64,000 nt of DNA from Haliotis cracherodii (lineage: Eukaryota). The notes under the pieces were generated by a model. The model did no database searches and had not been told where the DNA came from. It saw only the letters and a list, made by a program, of their open reading frames with translations. This document shows positions 49,665 to 62,558 of the stretch, piece by piece. Numbering within the stretch: the first letter of the stretch is position 1; each line of letters begins with the position of its first letter. A program made the translations under genes and the position numbers. The stretch covers positions 28,706,001 through 28,770,000 of the forward strand of contig NW_027266273.1 of NCBI RefSeq assembly GCF_022045235.1, in the 5' to 3' direction.

Positions 49665-51078
49665 CGATATACGGTTGATGTGAGATATACAGTGGATGTG
49701 TGATATACGCTGGATGTGAGATATACAGTGGATGTGAGATATACGGTTGATGTGAGATATACGGTTGATGTGAGATATACAGTGGATGTGAGATATACGC
49801 TGGATGTGAGATATACGGTTGATGTGAGATATGCGGCGGATGTGAGATGTACGGTTGATGTGAGATATACAGTTGATGTGAGATATACGGTTGATGTGAG
49901 ATATACGGTGGATGTGAGATATACGGTTGGCATGAGATATACAGTGGATGTGAGATATACGGTTGGTGTGAGATATACGGTTGATGTGAGATATACGGTG
50001 GATCTGAGATATACAGTGGATGTGAGATATACGATGGATGTGAGATATACGGTTGATGCTAGATATACAATGGATGTGAGATATACGATGGATGTGAGAT
50101 ATACGGTTGATGTGAGATATACAGTGGATGTGAGATATACAGTGGGTGTGAGATATACGGTTGATGTGAGATATACAGTGGATGTGAAATATACGGTTGA
50201 TGTGAGATATACGGTTGATGTGAGATATACGGTTAATGTGAGATATACGGTTGATGCGAGATATACAGCGGATGTGAGATATACGACTGATATGAGATAT
50301 ACGGTTGATGTGAGATATACAGTGGATGTGAGATATACGATGGATGTGAGATATACGGTGGATGTATGATATACAGTTGATGTATGATATACAGTGGATG
50401 TGAGATATATGGTGGATGTGAGATACACGGTGGATGTGAGATATACAGTGGATGTGAGATATACAGAGGATGTGAGATATACAGTGGATGTATGATATAC
50501 GGTTGATGTGAGATATACGGTTGATGTGAGATATACGGTTGGTGTGAGATATACGGTTGATGTGAGATATACGGTGGATGTGAGATATACAGTGGATGTG
50601 AGATATACAGAGGATGTGAGATATACAGTGGATGTATGATATACGGTTGATGTGAGATATACGGTTGATGTGAGATATACGGTTGGTGTGAGATATACGG
50701 TTGATGTGAGATATAGGGTTGATGTGAGATATACAGTAAATGTAAGATATACGGTTGATGTGAGACATACAGTGGATGTGAGATATACGGTGGATGTGAG
50801 ATATACGGTTGATGTGAGATATACGGTGGATGTGAGATATACGGTTGGTGTGAGATATACGGTTGATGTGAGATATGCAGTTGGAGTGATATATACAGTG
50901 GATGTGAGATATACGGTGGTGTGAGATATACGGTTGATGTGAGATATACTGTTGATGCAAGATATACAGTGGATGTGAGCTATACAGTGAATGTGAGATA
51001 TACGGTTGATGTGAGATATACAGTGCATGTGAGATATACGGTGGATGTGAGATGTACGGTTGATGTGAGATATACGGC
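49665..51078. repeat. Minisatellite, 18-bp unit, ~78 copies
   Basis: Unit gatgtgagatatacggtt. Explains the 518- and 491-aa repetitive ORFs. Confidence 0.98.
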
Positions 51079-54000
51079 TCATGTTGAGGACGACTGGTGG
51101 GTCACCTAACAGCGACATTGACGTTCACAAGCGTATGGATGACGCATTATGACGTTCATAATTCGTGCATGAGACTGAATTTTTGGAATGACGTAAACAC
51201 TGACGGACTACTTCCACAATACTTGGGAAGACCCTGGGCATTCCCTTACATGAATACACACAGCATGGCTGGTTCTGATCATTAAGATACGTTAATCTTC
51301 AACTCTTGTGTTTTGCATATATTGGAAAATGTCCGAGTGTTTGACTGCAGGTCGCGATCGACTATCGTCAACCCTAACCCTAACCCAGTGAACAAAGTGG
51401 GGAGATGAGCCAGTAATTAACTTTCGCATCTTTTTAATCGGCCATTTGATCAATGATGACTGACGCCTAATCGCCACAGGTTCATTGACAACTTCGAGAG
51501 TCTTGATCGTGTCGACCATATTCACGTCCTATGCTTGAAGTACGCACAGTGGCGGACTTCTAAAGATGGGTAGTTCTTGACAGACATTCCTCATCTAATG
51601 TCGATATTATCTAAATTTGTTTGCTTAAACTAAGACAGAAAACATTTTAATGTGGAGCAATTTCAACGTTTATTCACCCATGTCATCTTTCGTTTTCAGG
51701 AACTTTTTCATTTCGCGATGCTGCTTGAAGCAACTGGTTGTCTGTAAACATGAAGTCACGCGTGCAAAATTGAAATGTGTCTACATCCTTCGATGTACAG
51801 AATAGATTTTATCTGTTTGACGGTTTGTCCTCCGGTAAACAAAGTGATTGGGAATTCTTAATACTTGGTGACTTGCGGTGAAAGATGTGCCGTTCAGATA
51901 GTAGCTATTGGTCGGACAATGGGGATAGGTGCGCCTCAGTATCGACACACTGTAGTTTTCGGCGCTGGCAGCTCATCATGCCGCATGCGCAGATGTAGCC
52001 CAAACCTACAGCGATGCGTTTAAAGCTGATGTGTAGGCTTTACCCCGACGGGACACAAATACCGTCATTAATCAAATGGTAAACATCATATCCTTTTGAA
52101 AACATAACACTGTTTATAATGTACTTAACACCTATACGAAAATGGAAGGCACCACTTAGGGCCCTGCTGTATCTTGCACGCATCTGTTGTCAACTGACAA
52201 ATGCATCTCGTCTCCTTACAGCCCCGGCCATTATTCGAGTGTAACATAAACAACTAACACAGGCCCTCGGCGTATGTCCAGCGAGTACTGAAGTGAAAAC
52301 GGTAAGTGTTAATGTCTGAGCCGATTGTTCAAGAACATCCTGGCGTTCTTCATTCAAGCGATCATCAGGCTGTCAGTGAAGATGGTGTGTGAATCACCAC
52401 CTATTTTGCACGATTAGTAGTTACTGACAGACACAAGGTACTCCAGCCGCTCAGTGGCGGGTGAAGATGTATGGCAAACCGGAAGTACCATCCCAACATC
52501 ACCAACTAGCGTATGGATATCGCGTGTCACCTTTACAAGGTTGGAGCTACTTCAACTGAGATGATGGCAGGCTTTCCGACTGGAGTGGAACGTTTTAGCT
52601 ACTTAATGGCGTGTGGTGTCTATTGATATTTCAGACTGCCTGTCCGACATAAAGAAAGTACATGCTATCGTAAGGTTAAACGACATCAAAGGTGAATGCT
52701 TCTGGCATTTAACATTGCTTCAGGAAATATATACAAACAGTATCACGGCGCTGAAGCTCACCTGGATATGTCGTCAACAATTCAGAATGTCAGCCACTTA
52801 ATAAAAATTGCCAACAGCATTGATATCCAACATTATTATGTCCTCCATAGAAAATGATGACTAGTTGATACTATAAAGCAAGGTGCAATACCTTTTAATC
52901 TAAACTCAACAAAATACGTATCAATTTTCTTTTTATCAATTTCAGAGAAAAATGAACTTGTGTTTGCCACATTGTCTGAGTATGAAAGTCACGTGTCGGG
53001 ATATCATAAGAAAAGAACGCGATGTGTTGGTTCCTACTATGGAATTACAACAAATAGAATTACAGTGTGAACAAAACTAGCTGAGTAATGTAAATGTGTC
53101 TTTTTCCAATATTTCTGCCCTGGCGGCCCTATCGAAAACGTGAAATTCAAACATCTTGTAACAAACCACGTTTCGCTAAAAACGGAACATAAATGCCGAT
53201 TTTCTATTCATTACACATTTATTTGTAAATGGCGACCGCGGCGTCAGTTTTTAATTCGGATCGAAGCCTCTTGAACAAATCTTGGTATAATACTGTGTAT
53301 CCATATCCATGTCAATAGCAAACGTCAGCCCAGAGACTAACCAGGCTCGATTAACCGACGAAACAGATCCTTTTGCGCGGAGACGGCAAAACAGCGGTGA
53401 AAACTATATGAATGGATGACTGAAGATCAGTTGTGAAAAAAGGGAGAGCATGTCATGTTGTAGTGGTAACAAGGTTATGCTTCATCCGTTGGCGGGTGAT
53501 GCAGGGCTTAGAGAATATATGTTTATACATGACGACGGACTAAAGACAAAAACACAGTGTCCTTGGCCCACCGGACTTTTGGTTTCGGTGAGTTAAATAA
53601 TCTTCTATGGTTACACAATATATAAGATGACCAAATACGCTTTTATTTTCATGTAAATGATAATATGTTAGGTGTACTGGGTGTGAATGCCAAAAGGTCT
53701 ACTAATCTCTTTCTCACAATAAATGGCGTTATTGACAAAAATAGTGGCAACTGTAGAACATGTAAGTGTTGTGTGAATCATTTCGTGAGTCACAGATACA
53801 CAGATCACGTTGAGAGGGTTACACGGACCGAATGCGAAAAGGTGTCGCATCAGCAATGGTGGTGATGACGTTGATGAAGCTGAACATGCAACATCAGTGA
53901 CAAAACATCATCGACTTTATAATTTGGAACATTGCAGATAATACAGACGGAATTTTACCTCATTTCCGAATCCATTCGAGGAGAAGCATGTTTAGAGCAT

Positions 54001-55099
54001 TGTGGTGTGTAGCTCGTACGTAACAGGCAATGAGTAGTCGTTAGTGCACACGGGGGAGAGCTCCCCACTCGCCCATTATATTAATGTATTTCTTTATGAG
54101 GGATAATAGACACAATCACTCTGTTTACTGTCATAAACCTGCAATAAACACTGAAACTGTCGAGAAAACATGCATACACGTGTAATCCCTAATGCAAAGA
54201 TGCCTGTTCCTAAGAGGATTACGCGAATTGATCATAAATATTTCACCGTCCGTTATGCTCTCCTGCATCCGCTTGCTAATGACATCGTTGTCATTTTGAG
54301 AACTGATGGAAATGGTGAGTGTGTTACTGAAACCGCTGCTGGACTGGTTGTGTTGTGGTTGTGTTGGGTGTAGGATTTATGAATGGGTCGTTGTCTGGGG
54401 ACAAATAACATAACATCAGCGGCTGTTTGAAAAGAGACCATCGATGTGCATTGATGAAAAGTGTAATTGAGTGTGTGAGGTTATGGGTCATGGGTGTGTG
54501 TGGAGGGGATATGGATGTTGGTACGGTCATAAGAAAGGATATGGAGTGTGTGTAGATGCATGAATTTGGATATGGGTGTATTTGTGAGTGAGGTTGAGTG
54601 TGTGTGGGGGGTGCGTGTATGTCTCGAGTGAGGGGGTGGGGGATATCTGAATGTGTTTGGGTGTCTGTTTAGTATGTGCGGGAGAATATTAGAATGATTG
54701 ATTGAGTGCGTATGTATATGTGTGTGTATGCATGAATGCATTATGTGATTGTGTTAGTGAATATGTGTATATGTAGATATTAAGAATGAGCATGATTACT
54801 TTTTTTTTTATCTAATTGTATTTTAATATTTGTAATATCTTAAGGTGTCATTTCGGCCCTCTGAGGCCTGGTGTTTGTATGTTAAGTGTGTGCTAAATGT
54901 TGTATTGCTTTGTAACACATGACACTGTAATAAACTATATTGTTTTTATTATTGATGTCAAACGGTAGAATGTTGACGAAATGAACCAATGGTAGGTGAT
55001 GCAGCACGGTGCATATTGGGATCCCAGAGGTTTGCTTAAAAATGATTCCTAGTAATAGTTTATGACAACCGTAGGCCTAAGAAATTAACTTAAACTGAT

Positions 55100-56015
55100 T
55101 ACGTTGCTAGATAGCCTGTGTTGATGTATTCAAAACAGATTCATCCCGTTACTAGATAGCCTGTGTTGGTGGTATTCAACTCAGACTCATCACGTTGCTA
55201 GATAGCCTGTGTTGATGGTATTGAAATCAGACTTATGGTGTTGCTAGATAGCCTGTGTTGATGGTATTCAAAATAGACTCACCACGTTGCTAGATAGCTT
55301 GTGTTGATGGTATTCAAAACAGACTCGTGGCGTTGCTAGATAGCCTGTGTTGATGGTATTCAAAATAGACTCACCACGTTGCTAGATAGCCTGTGTTGAT
55401 GGTATTCAAAACAGACTCGTCACGTTGCTAGATACCCTGTGTTGATGGTATTCAAAATAGACTCACCACGTTGCTAGATAGCTTGTGTTGATGGTATTCA
55501 AAACAGACTCGTGGCGTTGCTAGATAGCTTGTGTTGATGGTATTCAAAACAGACTCGTCACGTTGCTAGATACCCTGTGTTGATGATATTCAAAACAGAC
55601 TCATCACGTTGCTAGATAGCCTGTGTTGATGATATTCAAAACAGACTCATGACGTTGCTAGATAGCCTGTGTTGATGGTATTCAAAACAGACTCGTCACG
55701 TTGCTAGATACCCTGTGTTGATGATATTCAAAGCAGACTCATCACGTTGCTAGATACCCTGTGTTGATGATATTCAAAACAGACTCATCACGTTGCTAGA
55801 TAGCTTGTGTTGATGGTATTCAAAACAGACTCGTCACGTTGCTAGATACCCTGTGTTGATGGTATTCAAAACAGACTCATCGCGTTGCTAGATAGCTTGT
55901 GTTGATGGTATTCAAATCAGACTCATCAAGTTTCTAGATAGTCTGTGTTACTGGTATTCAACTCAGACTCATCACTTTGCTAGATAACATGTGTTAATGG
56001 TATTCAACTCAGACT
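55100..56015. repeat. Minisatellite, 46-bp unit, ~20 copies
   Basis: Unit ggtattcaaaacagactcatcacgttgctagatagcctgtgttgat. Confidence 0.97.
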
Positions 56016-56083
56016 TGGACTAGATAGTCTTCTTCTTTGTATCTTCCTCTTCTTTCTACACATGCTTCTTTTATTGTGCGCGC

Positions 56084-56236
56084 GCACTGAGATACCATAC
56101 CGAGGGTTAACAACGGATACCCCACACAGACACATATACTCTTCATGCTGAGCGCCAGACAGGATAACAAGTACCACCCTTAACGTGTTTTGGTACGACG
56201 GTCAGTCCCGCTATCCACTAGACCCCAAAGGCGGTT
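56084..56236 (-). mobile_element. Decayed copy of the Meta/MESC-like SINE
   Basis: cactgagataccat...atacccc...atgctgagcgccagacagg...aagtacc...ccactagacc matches the 27169 and 43863 copies, with deletions. Confidence 0.7.
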
Positions 56237-57640
56237 AAGATTGTTTTGATGCCAAAGGCGAGTGAGCGTAAAAACTACTGTGTTCGCTCTTCATTTTTTT
56301 AAATAGATACTTTTCACAAATGTTAGTATATTATAGGACATGGCAGCTGGTGTATTTCGTGGTCGTGTACTCAAATCATGGCTTAGTCTTAACTCACAAT
56401 GCGTCAGTGTTTTTCCTCTGTTACTTCGTTTCAAGTAAAACTTCATCCTTTCAACCTATCCTGAGATGCCAACATTGTTAACTTATAAACTAAATTTATA
56501 TTTAATTCACTTAGCAGGCAGATACAGCATGATTACTGTGTTTTTAACACCTTTAATGCTGGTCTAATCCGTCTCCCATTCCTATGTCAATGCCTGGCGT
56601 GTTTGTGAATGTTGTCTGGGGGGAAGTATGCAGCTGATGGGGTTAATATATGTATGATGGTCCTCCGGCGGATTACCGTGCGCACACAACATGAAGGGCA
56701 CCCACGGCCCAGTGAATGGGGAAAACACCGTTCCCTGGTTGCTCGTCTGTTCAAATGACCTTGGGAAAGGGCTACGTGGTGTCCGAGGATGCTTATTAAT
56801 TGCTTCAGAATGAATTCAACGCAGCCATTCCACATTTCCACATGTAGAAAATGCGACCTATTCTGTTCCATTACAATAAGAGTACACATTCATTTCCTGT
56901 TATGGTTAAACAAATGGCGAACATATACAAATCATCAAACAGAGGTTACCGAAGCCAATTGAATGGTAATCGGAGCGAGAATCACATCCTTTTTAAGTCC
57001 CAGAGCTTCAACTCAACCCGGATGATGCAGACTGAAATAGTCAATTGTTTCCAATGTTAGCATTTTTTTCGTTTCGAAAAGGCACCCTGTTCGAAATCAT
57101 ATTTTGCATTAACGCAGAATGTTAAAATATATTTCATAATTCTCGTTTTACTTTGCCGTCTTCGTCCCACGTTCCCGTGTTTCAGGTTATAAACATTTTT
57201 GTTTCGCAATACAAACTCCATTATACGATCCCCGACTTTATCATAATCATGTGTAAATATGATCACTTAATGCCATTTAAAAAGTGGTACATGTAACAAA
57301 TGTTATATTTGGGATAACACTTTCTTGGTAAAGTACAGATTCTCGTACTTTTTTAGTTGAGTCCCGCTTGGAAGCCCAGGTGGCTGAGTGGGTTAGATCG
57401 CTGAATTTGTGTGCTGGCGATTAGGCGCTTGTCATACACTCATACATATGTTATGTTATGCATAAATTTAAATGTTAACAGATGAGGCCGTTTCACTGGT
57501 CCCTTTCATTTGTATTTCAGGAGTGCAGACTAGTGGAAGGGAAATGGCTATTCGACCATTCTTGAACAATATCAGATCATCGAGACAACTTCTTGATTTT
57601 GATTTTGGCAATCAGGGCAGAAATTCTGATTCATATGCAA

Positions 57641-57804
57641 GAGTGAGTGAGTGAGTTTCATTCTACGCCGTTTTTATCAATATTCCAGCAATATCACGGC
57701 GGCGGACACCAGAAATGGGCTTCACACGGGCTATGTCGGGAATTGAACCCGAGTCTTCGGCGTGACGAGCGAACGCTTTAACCACTAGGCTACCCGACCG
57801 CTCC
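57641..57804 (-). mobile_element. tRNA-Asp-like SINE
   Basis: Minus-strand A box tagcctagtgg, gtc anticodon-like loop, B box ggttcaattcc, shared tail and (ACTC)n. tcatat occurs on both flanks. Confidence 0.88.
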
Positions 57805-58080
57805 TCATATTTCTCACCGCAAGAAGAAAAAGATGAGCAAGAATGGAAGTGCAGTTGTTGAACGTAGGGAGGTCTGCTCTTGCTATGATGGAATTGTTTA
57901 TCTCTAAATGCCACAGCTATATCAGCCACGAGGAAGCCCAGCACTTACACCACTGGGTTCAGTGTACACTTCATATGACATTTGCCTGCATTTTCCACAA
58001 AACGTCGTTTGTAAATGTTGAAGTTGAGCTAGACATATAGTGTGTTATGGAGACCACACAATGCTCTTCCGAATAATATA

Positions 58081-59167
58081 CACTGTTCAAACAAAATCTG
58101 GTATATAAATTGGATATATGTTAATGGCCTGATATTCGACAAACTGTGGGTCAAATGATAGCCATTGTAAATTGGCAATGTCTTAAACGGCATTGTTTTC
58201 ACAAAATAATGTCATGGAGGAAAACAGTAAAACAAAATGCACGTGCAAGTTATGGCATTCGTAACTCGTGGTAGTGGCTATAAAAAGGAAAGCATAAGCC
58301 AATAACTTGTCATTCGATTGTGAACATTTCTCGAAAATGCCGAGACTCAGCGACTAAGTGTAATCACCCCTGCACAGGATCGCTACATTCGACTGTTCCA
58401 CCTACGTCATCGCAATGCATCAGCTACGGAGACTGCAGGACGCATCCCTTGTTTGAGGAGGATATCGGGCCAGACTACCAGGAACCATCTTTGTGAGGCT
58501 TGAGTCCAACCCAGGAGACCATTTATCATCTATGTTTTGCAACAGATCCATCGACAGCGACGCTTGCGTTGATGCCATACCTTACAGCCTTGGAATTTAA
58601 CAGCTACCGCTACGTGAATCATATTCTTCAACCTGACCTTGTTCCAATCATTGACCGCCAGAGGGAGCTGTTTCAACAGGACAACGCCCCACCGCAGACA
58701 GCTCGTGTCACGGTAGACTACCTTCACAATGCCAACACCAACGTTTTACCCTGGCCGTCGAGATCTCCAGATCCCAACCCAATCGAACACTTCTGGGAGG
58801 AACTCGATCGACGTGAATACTCCAACGTCAGAACACGCCGCAGACACTGGCCAACGCGTTACAAGCAAAATAGCACAAAATTCTGCAGGACAGAGTTCGT
58901 ACACTTCTCCAGCCAGTGTCGAGGAGATGCAGAGCCGTGATTGCTGCCCAGGGCGGTCACTCGAGATACTGAGTTTAGCGTAGCCTTGTGGCCTTATGTG
59001 ACATGACAATGAACAGTTTTCAATGCCTTTTGTACAACGACATGATGTGAATATCGAGCTCGAAAATTTCACATTTGTACCTATGATATTAAATTAAATA
59101 TATCGACTTCATTATGTACAATAAATTTACTAAAAATCTACCTGTGCGTTTCTTTTTTTGAAGAGTG
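58081..59167 (+). mobile_element. Tc1 DNA transposon with decayed transposase
   Basis: TA-flanked TIRs cactgttcaaa / tttgaagagtg. Motifs MPRLS (58338), TPAQDRYIRL, FQQDNAPPQTA and WPSRSPDPNPIEHFW. Confidence 0.92.
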
Positions 59168-60304
59168 TATGTGTCCGACAGTCCAATATTCAGTCGCCAC
59201 TGTTGCCACGTGATCTCGTTCAAATCATCAAACGTCAGAGTGCTGACACCTGTTCTGCATATGGATTCCGCGGGAGCGAGAAGTTCGTCATGTTACAGTT
59301 ATCAAAAACACGTTACGACCGTTCTGATTACAACGTTAAAGCCTCAGAGATATCTGTACTCGTATATCTGTCAAACAATCTCTCTGTAATCTCAAAGAAC
59401 CATTGGTGGTGGCACAACAGCGTTTCTTGAGTTACACATGTAGAGAGCAGGATGACGAGCCATAGGGGCGTCGTATTACGTATTAAAACTGTGAAACATA
59501 AGACGTGTATTGTAATTTGTACACCCCTGTGCACACAGAGGATGTTCAATATTGTAACCTTTGATAACCTGGGGATACCCGCCAACTGCAGAGGAATATG
59601 TTATGGATTTCAATAGCATTTGCTGGGGGCCTCTCTAAGTTACACATCCTGATGTATACTATGTCAGCATTCTTCAGCCTTGTAGCGATATTAGATGAAA
59701 GTTCACACGTATTTCAACTGGTGATAACAGGACCTGTCAGCAGAGGGTAGAGCACCACCAGGGACAAGGTCTGTTTAGGACCCGTTTGGGCCCAAAGTAT
59801 GAACATAGTTTAACAAATTAGCAAAACGTGTGTGAGTCGTTATGTTTTCTTATGTGTAGATTTGAATAATAGATCAGACTGTTCCTCTCTATACTTGCGT
59901 TTTGAACTTCTCCCAAAATTACATGTTTACGTTAGGCTCTAACGTGTCACAACGTCAGCTTTAATATGCTGCCATGAAGCTTTGAAGTTTTTGAACCCGA
60001 TCTGATATTCCTTTGTAATGTAGTTAAACATAGCATAAACAGTTGGTTATATATTCACCTTGGATTACATTTACAAATGCTTTTCACTCATGTGAGTTAT
60101 ATATTTGTACTTGACAACGACAACAATCTATCGACCTGGTCACGTGTACGGAAACATCTTCTATCCCCAGCTACATTTGATCAGTTTGCGTCCAGGAACA
60201 AGCTCGCTCTGAAACTGATGAGCACGGAATTTGGAAAGTCGGGTATGTCTTCAGCTTCGAAGGAAGAAATAAAAGCTATGTATACGTTGGCCTTGCATAA
60301 TACA

Positions 60305-60525
60305 GTAAGATTGTAATCTGGTAAGAGTTTCTAATTGGAATCTAGAAAGAGTTTTACATTTGAATCTAGTAAAAGTTTATCATTGTAATTTAGTAAGAGT
60401 TCTCATTAAAATCTAGTAAGAGTTTCACATTGGATCCTGGTAAGAGTTTCTCCATGTGATCAAGTAATAGTTTCTCCATGTGATCAAGTTACAGTTTCTT
60501 AAAGTGATTTAGTGTAATCTGGTAA
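60305..60525. repeat. Degenerate minisatellite, ~24-bp unit
   Basis: Unit approximately gtaagagtttctcattggaatcta. Confidence 0.75.
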
Positions 60526-61805
60526 GTAGTGAAGTTTTTGTTCCCATTACAGGTAAACATATAATACTCATATAATGAGTCATTACTTGTGACATGTGCA
60601 ACATTTCGCTGATATTAATCGCACTTTAATTGCGTAGACTATATCATGTGACTTAAATATAACAATTGATGGGGATAATAGGGCTTAGTTTCAGTAAAGA
60701 GGGCCTCATAATGCGTGGCAGAAAGGTAACATGGCGCTAACTGTACACACGTATTTATATTCTCTCTGATTCCCCAGGCATACACCACAAAACACCCACA
60801 TGCATGTGGTGGGATGCGGGCGCTTGATATAAATTCATTATCTATTTAATTCATTATTCTTACCCCCATTCTTCCCCAACGGGGATCAGTGTTATCGTAC
60901 GACCTTTCAGAGGATACTCATTACAACTATTTACATAGAGAAAGGTGTTAGAATGTACATGGAAATGTCACTACCGTGGAGTCGATCAATGGGCGTGCTA
61001 CTGTGACATCACTCTGATGGCGGGAGTCCCTGTACACCTCCAGTCCATTTCGCGCTCCTTGCACACAACCTATACCTGGTTTTATGGCTTTGGGTAACTT
61101 TGAACAAGTCAAAATGACATATAAATTTAATCAGATTTAACTGTGTTGCTGATACAAAGAATGTACATGCTGACATTTGAGAAAAAAAATATGACATGCT
61201 GAACAAGTATGCTCCTATTATTGAAGTGTTAAACACAGGCAGGACAGTGTTGATGTAATGGCCATAGCGTGATGGAGGCGATCATGTGCTTCTGTGATGT
61301 GTAATTCCTGCGACACAGCAGGCCGCCGTGATAGATTGTGCACTGAAAATGGGATATTCAGCTTTGTCATTAGGTCTGTCGAGGATAACGACAAGTTATT
61401 GTCTTCCAATTGATGAACGTGCCTTTGCTAATTATAATGCAATTCACCCCCGATGTGCACTTTTATAGAGACTTCTAGAGATGCCATAAGTATGATGGTT
61501 TAGGTAAGATTATCCGAAGGAGAAGATAGCTGATCTGATGTAAGAGGAACAACTGTAGATATAACGACCTTCAAGAGCAATCACCCGCACCTCGTGTTGC
61601 AGAGGGCATTACAGACTATTGGTAAAAGGACCACTGTGCATAGACGTAGCCCAAGCTTTTGCAGAATCGGTTCTTAGTACCATACTGAGGCTCCTATTGG
61701 ACTTTGGGCTTCCCTGTGGCGTGGACTGTTGTTCACACTATCTCTTCCTGTATTGTATGAACCAGCCTGGAATGTAACTAGAATTTGTGTCGTGAAAACA
61801 GAACT

Positions 61806-62558
61806 CACCCGCTTAGCTTTATAGGCGACCATATACCGATATTCGCCCACTAAGCTTTTCAAAGAACATATACCGATACTCGCCCACTTAGCTTTGTGAG
61901 AGACCATACACCAATATTCGCCCACTTGGCTTCATCACAGACCGTATACTGATGCTCGCCCGCTAAGCTTTTTCAGTGACCATATACCGATACTCGCCCA
62001 TTTACCTTTATCAGAGTCAATATACCGATACTCCCCCACTAAGATTTTTCAGAGACCATAAACGATACTCGCCTACTTTGCTTTATCACAGACCATATAC
62101 CGATTTACGCCCAGTTAGCTTCATCAGAGACCATATACCGATACTCGCCCACTTAGATTTATCAGAGACCATAAACCGATACTCGACAACTAGGATTTAT
62201 CGGAGACCATTTACCGATACTCGCTCTCTCAGCTTTATCAGAGGCAATATACTGACACTCGCACACTTAGCTTTATCAGAGACCATTTACCGATACTCGC
62301 CCACTTAGATTTATCAGAGACCTTATACCACTACATGCCCATTTAGATTTGTCAGAGACCATATAACGATACTCGCCCACTTAGCTTTATCAGCAACCAT
62401 ATACCGATACTCGCCCATTTAGTTTTATCAGAGACCTTATACCGATACTCGCCCACTAAGATTTATCAGAGACCATGTACCGATACTCGCCCATTTCGAT
62501 TTATCAGGGACCATACATATACTGATACTCGCCCACTTAGCTTTATCAGAGACCATAT
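61806..62558. repeat. Minisatellite, 38-bp unit, ~20 copies
   Basis: Unit ttagctttatcagagaccatataccgatactcgcccac. Confidence 0.96.

Noticed and set aside
49404-51118. His-rich 518-aa and mucin-like TSTVYL 491-aa ORFs
   Set aside because: Translations of the 18-bp minisatellite; one runs into the MULE end.
51370-51386. (CCCTAA)x~3 telomere-like repeat
   Set aside because: Too short; common inside invertebrate repeats.
57735-57804. Possible tRNA-Asp gene (also tRNA-like heads at 27445-27524, 44125-44198, 57373-57430)
   Set aside because: No complete cloverleaf; the heads are mostly fused to SINE bodies and tails, so they are SINE heads.
4151-62558. Apparent excess of array units that are multiples of three
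   Set aside because: About 7-8 of 17 versus one third expected; not convincing.
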